The notes below the pieces were generated by a model. The model had not been told where the DNA came from. It ran no database searches and saw only the letters and a program-made list of their open reading frames with translations. Made by a program: the position numbers and the translations under genes. From positions 1 to 64,000 of the forward strand of contig NMRA01000563.1 of assembly GCA_002633005.1 (NCBI GenBank): a DNA stretch of 64,000 bases, read 5' to 3'. The DNA is from Phoronis australis. Lineage: Eukaryota > Animalia > Phoronida. Below, one piece after another: positions 61,701 through 64,000 of this stretch (its first letter is position 1; each line of letters starts with the position of its first letter).

Positions 61701-64000
61701 AGAAGAAGGAGGGATCCAGTGTAAGCACACTGTTGTTGCCGTGCCAACTGTAGGGTAGCAAGGGTGGTGGAGCTTGAAGTGGCTGGCAACACAAGTTTAC
61801 GTGTGGACCCACATTTTTCTTATTACACCTTCTTTAGCAGCAGTACATAACATAGTGATGTCATCAATTGACTTAACTGAAGACATGATGAGGATTCAGT
61901 TGTCATTTCTAAATAATCAATGATAAGTTTTCAGACAGGCACAGGATATATACGGGCATGGTATCATATTTGAAATATTGTATTTGTCTAAATCAGTTAA
62001 ACACATGTGACGAAAATAAACTTAAGTTTTGACGATTCATTCATTATAACAGTAGCTGTTGTGGTCACTTTCAAACTTTGGGACTCTCTGGTTACTACAT
62101 TTGTGTTATTTCTAGTCGTAAACTGAGTTTGATATGAAGCATTCTTCTAGAACTGTGTTTCCCTCCATCGTCCCTGTGTTGTGTGTGGTGACTGGTTCTT
62201 TCTGGACAACAACTGAATGTTGTCATGTGTTATTATGTGTCGTTTCAGAGACCCGTCAGCAATGGCTTGCCACCCACACCTAAAGTTCATGTGAGTCTGG
62301 AATATGATAGTCAAGTGTTTCTTAGTGTGCCTTCTTACTGGTTCTCATACAAAAATGCTTGGGTTTCTTAAGTTGGCTATTCGCTGAAGAACAAGACTGT
62401 ACATGTTTGTTGTGAAATTTCCTTGAGTAACAACATTTATCATGGGATTCAAAAAGTGTGGTTACAAAGTGCTGTATCCCATATCGTCGAAACTTTGTGA
62501 TTCTAACATATTTCTGTGAATTTTGTTCCATTCTTGATGTCTTTGCATTCATTTAAGGAAATGTGCTAATCTGTGTAAAACTCTGAAAGTTCAAACTTTG
62601 TTTAGCGATTTTGTCAAACTTTAGAAAGGTATTCTTACAAACTGCCGTAGTTTGTACACATCGTCAAGATTTTGTGATTTCATCTTATTTCCTAAAATTT
62701 TTGCCCATTTTTGATTTTTTCTCATTCATATATGGAAATGTGTGCAACTGCAAGTTTGCTTACAAAGTACCCTAGTCCATATCATTGGTATTTTGCGATG
62801 CGACCCAATTTTGGCCTGTTCTTAATTTTCCATCTTAAGAAATGCACTTTCATGTGTAGCCCCCTACAGCTCCTTCATCAATGAATATTGCTGCCTACAA
62901 CTACCTTGTCTCAAATGTAAAGTACTCTAGACTTTGTTGTTCCCTGCCTACTTTTTTAAATTTCATCCAGATTCTTACTAGCTTGAGTGTATGAGACATC
63001 AAACTTGTCATTATTCACAGTTTTGCTTGTGCTCATAACTTTTCCCTTTGTGGTGTGAGAACCCTTGCTGTGAGTTGACCTCACTGCTGTTACCCAACCT
63101 CTGTGCTGTGACTCATGCTCTGCTCTGACTGCACCTCAAGGCACCTATTTTTTAATGGTTACCTGTGGAATATCTATTGTTCCTTATCAGGCCATCTTGC
63201 ATTAATCTTTGACCCAACACTGTTTCCAGTGGGGTTGTTTTCCTCTTTAATGTATATGGACTGCACCTCCACTATTTCTTACTGGTCCATCTTGCGTTAA
63301 ACTTCCACTCTCGTGCTGTTTCACCAAAATCTTCAATGAATGCCTGCTGTACATTCAGTAATCCTTGTCTGACCCCAAACTTTTGCAGATGGGCGCCTGT
63401 TTTTCCAAGATCTTCAATGGCTGCCCGTTGCACATTCATTGCTCGGCCAGTTGGATCCACCCAGAGACACGTGATCAGTACATCCTGATTGGCTCGGAGG
63501 AGGGTATCTACCACCTGAACCTGACAGAGATCCACGATGGCACCCTAGAGTTGGTGCACCCCAGGAGGTGCACATGGCTCTATGTCATCAAGGATGTTGT
63601 CATGTCACTGTCAGGTAGGTCATCAAGGATGTTGTCATGTCACTGTCAGGTAGGTCATCAAGGATGTTGTCATGTCACTGTCAGGTAGGTCATCAAGGAT
63701 GTTGTCATGTCACTGTCAGGTAGGTCATCAAGGATGTTGTCATGTCACTGTCAGGTAGGTTGTCATTGTCACATATTGGTGCTAGTAACATGCACGTTTA
63801 AGTTAAAATTTTATGCATTACATGAAAGTTGCATATTTGAAAAAAAATACCAAGGTTTATAATTATTTGCCTTAAGACATTGATGGAGTCTTTGTTTCAG
63901 GCAAGCACCAGCAACTGTTCCGACACGACTTGATGGCAATCATTAATAAACATCAGAACAGGTTCTCCCTACCCATGAACAAGATACCAGAGAGGCTGAT
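19601..64000 (+). CDS. MAP4K3: Mitogen-activated protein kinase kinase kinase kinase 3/5 (GCK-I STE20 kinase, happyhour-like), spliced, 3'-partial; 16 coding exons seen
   Basis: [95 protein letters not shown] (CNH start); all introns GT-AG with consistent phases. Confidence 0.95.
20105..20255 (+). mobile_element. Degenerate tRNA-derived SINE-like sequence
   Basis: A-box-like GAATGGTTAGCATG and B-box-like GGTTCGATTTCC; no intact cloverleaf. Confidence 0.4.
22090..22520 (-). repeat. Two diverged tRNA-like heads in direct orientation, 341 bp apart
   Basis: GTTGAAAAATCT..GACAC.GAGAC.TGAAC at 22092 and 22433; the reverse complement gives B-box-like GGTTCAAGTCTC. Confidence 0.45.
23542..23601. 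repeat. 3 x 21-bp tandem repeat
   Basis: CACCTGTAAATATGGTGATCT. Confidence 0.9.
25063..25597. mobile_element. Degenerate PIF/Harbinger-like MITE
   Basis: Imperfect TIRs GGTGGTTTGTCATTA / TAATGGGAAAACACC, TAA flanks, internal GAAACTT/GAAGTTTC sub-repeats. Confidence 0.5.
27058..27135. repeat. Imperfect (GAT)n microsatellite
   Basis: GATGATGATG runs. Confidence 0.8.
28416..28848. mobile_element. Degenerate Harbinger-like MITE
   Basis: CGTTTAGACA at the left, GTGTAAACGGCAC-TTA at the right; internal GACACGG/CCGTGTCA motifs. Confidence 0.5.
30465..30865. mobile_element. PIF/Harbinger-type MITE
   Basis: TIR AGGCCCTTTCACACTAA / TTAGTATGAAAGGGCCT with TTA TSD on both sides. Confidence 0.85.
34278..35247 (+). 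mobile_element. Old Helentron/HINE-like non-autonomous repeat with diverged internal tandem units
   Basis: 5' TGTCCC..GGGACA stem, recurring CCTTGAC(A/C)TCATTTT motif (~34431, ~34582, ~34988), 3' GTCAC-GCT-GTGAC hairpin before CTTGTT. Confidence 0.5.
36949..37385. mobile_element. Harbinger-like MITE
   Basis: Imperfect TIR AGTGCCGTCCACACACAGACTTACCCTA / TAGGGTAGCCCGTGTGTGGACTGGACT. Confidence 0.7.
37397..37847. mobile_element. Foldback MITE with ~198-bp inverted arms
   Basis: 37397-37594 is the near reverse complement of 37649-37847; 5-bp TSD TGTAT; arms built of ACACGG sub-repeats. Confidence 0.92.
38124..38693. mobile_element. Mutator-like MITE
   Basis: TIR CTCGCTGGTTTCCTGCGTGC / GCACGTAGGAAACCAGCGAG; perfect 10-bp TSD CAGGATGTAC. 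Confidence 0.9.
38892..39030. repeat. 3 diverged ~47-49-bp tandem units abutting the MAP4K exon 2 acceptor
   Basis: TAC(C/T)TTGCTG..TTAG..TTT..AAGTATT..TCTT three times. Confidence 0.75.
39038..39251 (+). CDS. MAP4K3: MAP4K3/5 coding exon 2
   Basis: tttcag|[37 protein letters not shown]|gtgagt. Confidence 0.96.
39907..40010 (+). CDS. MAP4K3: MAP4K3/5 coding exon 3
   Basis: tttcag|[34 protein letters not shown]|gtaggt. Confidence 0.96.
39988..40213. repeat. 5 x 46-bp tandem repeat spanning the exon 3 donor
   Basis: GCAAGATGCACAGAGATATAAAG|GTAGGT.. at 39988, 40034, 40080, 40126, 40172. Confidence 0.97.
42247..42557 (+). CDS. MAP4K3: MAP4K3/5 coding exon 4
   Basis: caacag|[28 protein letters not shown]|gtgagt. 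Confidence 0.97.
42914..43800. mobile_element. pogo/Tigger-like MITE with TA TSD
   Basis: TA|CCGTAAACGTTAGGGTTA .. TAACCCGAATGTTTACGG|TA; TTAAGCGCCC sub-repeats. Confidence 0.85.
43776..43900. repeat. 4 x 31-32-bp tandem repeat spanning the right end of the MITE
   Basis: AGGGC(G/A)GTAACCCGAATGTTTACGGTATACAT units at 43776, 43808, 43839, 43871. Confidence 0.92.
45807..46004. repeat. ~10 x 19-bp minisatellite running into the exon 5 acceptor
   Basis: TGTTTGCTATTGAAGAATA; ends 9 nt before the exon. Confidence 0.97.
46014..46095 (+). CDS. MAP4K3: MAP4K3/5 coding exon 5
   Basis: ttctag|[27 protein letters not shown]|gtaaac. Confidence 0.95.
46751..46853. repeat. Imperfect palindrome with an inverted relative at ~25965-26050
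   Basis: CACATTTTGAGAACCAGTT..AACTGGTACTCAAAATGTG; core ACCAGTTTTCTACACTGAAT.A.GGGCATC.AACTG shared with ~26000-26045. Confidence 0.75.
47196..47306 (+). CDS. MAP4K3: MAP4K3/5 coding exon 6
   Basis: ttccag|[37 protein letters not shown]|gtaggt. Confidence 0.92.
47906..48142. repeat. ~10 x 24-bp minisatellite just upstream of the exon 7 acceptor
   Basis: CGATATCTCTTGTCATTCACTCTA. Confidence 0.97.
48166..48247 (+). CDS. MAP4K3: MAP4K3/5 coding exon 7
   Basis: ttccag|[27 protein letters not shown]|gtaact, phase 0 to 1. Confidence 0.85.
48954..49578. mobile_element. Kolobok-type MITE with ~155-bp TIRs
   Basis: TTAA|AGGCGAAGGCAA.. TTGCTTTCACCT|TTAA; long near-perfect inverted arms. Confidence 0.92.
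50214..50640. repeat. 7 x 61-bp near-perfect minisatellite
   Basis: ATGCTGGCCACATAGAATGACACACCATGACAAGACAACTTGTA(G/A)AGCTTGGTATCAAGCA. Confidence 0.97.
50666..50796. repeat. ~4 x 34-bp tandem repeat
   Basis: CCCCCTCGTATCACCTCTAATTTAACTAAGTGGA. Confidence 0.95.
51013..51050 (+). CDS. MAP4K3: MAP4K3/5 small coding exon 8
   Basis: ttttag|[13 protein letters not shown]|gtatga; phase 1 to 0 fits neighbours. Confidence 0.65.
51734..51794. repeat. 4 x 15-bp tandem repeat upstream of exon 9
   Basis: CACAGCCA(A/C/T)GGTGC(A/G). Confidence 0.85.
51838..51875 (+). CDS. MAP4K3: MAP4K3/5 small coding exon 9
   Basis: ttttag|[13 protein letters not shown]|gtgagt; phase 0 to 2. Confidence 0.7.
53733..55524. 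mobile_element. Old ~1.8-kb non-autonomous DNA element with TGTCCGAAAT subterminal repeats
   Basis: AAAATTCCCAAATTTAGGGCAGC / GCTGTCCTAAATTCTGTAATTTT imperfect TIRs, TA flanks. Confidence 0.6.
56097..56135 (+). CDS. MAP4K3: MAP4K3/5 small coding exon 10
   Basis: caccag|[13 protein letters not shown]|gtaacc; resembles the MAP4K3 SLLKSVEEELHQR motif. Confidence 0.88.
58210..58320. repeat. 4 x 28-bp tandem repeat
   Basis: CCACTGTGTCCCTCTCAGGGTGT(C/G)ACTA. Confidence 0.93.
58572..59117. repeat. ~13 x ~41-bp minisatellite
   Basis: TTTTATGACATCTACACAGTACAAACCAGCTAAACACTGTTG. Confidence 0.95.
59423..59465 (+). CDS. MAP4K3: MAP4K3/5 small coding exon 11
   Basis: tttcag|[14 protein letters not shown]|gtaagg; phase 2 to 0. 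Confidence 0.85.
60531..60704 (+). CDS. MAP4K3: MAP4K3/5 coding exon 12
   Basis: ctctag|[20 protein letters not shown]|gtaatt; 58 open codons. Confidence 0.85.
61631..61720 (+). CDS. MAP4K3: MAP4K3/5 coding exon 13
   Basis: ttacag|[30 protein letters not shown]|gtaagc. Confidence 0.88.
62249..62290 (+). CDS. MAP4K3: MAP4K3/5 coding exon 14
   Basis: tttcag|[14 protein letters not shown]|gtgagt. Confidence 0.94.
63389..63614 (+). CDS. MAP4K3: MAP4K3/5 coding exon 15 (CNH domain start)
   Basis: ttgcag|[32 protein letters not shown]|gtaggt. Confidence 0.96.
63584..63760. repeat. 5 x 35-bp perfect tandem repeat spanning the exon 15 donor
   Basis: GTCATCAAGGATGTTGTCATGTCACTGTCAG|GTAG at 63584, 63619, 63654, 63689, 63724. 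Confidence 0.97.
63901..64000 (+). CDS. MAP4K3: MAP4K3/5 coding exon 16 (cut by the window edge)
   Basis: tttcag|[32 protein letters not shown]. Confidence 0.92.

Overview
AT-rich, intron-rich eukaryotic DNA, probably from a marine invertebrate; no prokaryotic features are seen. Two spliced genes lie head-to-head. On the minus strand are coding exons 1-6 of APMAP (strictosidine-synthase-like; ATG at 11738), running off the left edge. On the plus strand are coding exons 1-16 of a MAP4K3/MAP4K5 (GCK-I, happyhour-type) kinase (ATG at 19601; kinase domain, Pro-rich linker, start of the CNH domain), running off the right edge. All exon phases were checked by hand and chain in frame. Introns hold a deleted Ty3/Gypsy element with a nested MITE, a 5'-truncated LINE with a target-site duplication (TSD), many MITEs and foldbacks, and minisatellites. 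The intergenic gap contains a four-layer nest of DNA transposons whose inner layers carry a HIRAN-like ORF relic and a Kolobok-like element with THAP and P2X7-ballast-like relics. The most unusual pattern is that unrelated tandem arrays of different ages repeatedly span or abut splice sites, creating stacks of decoy donors and acceptors.
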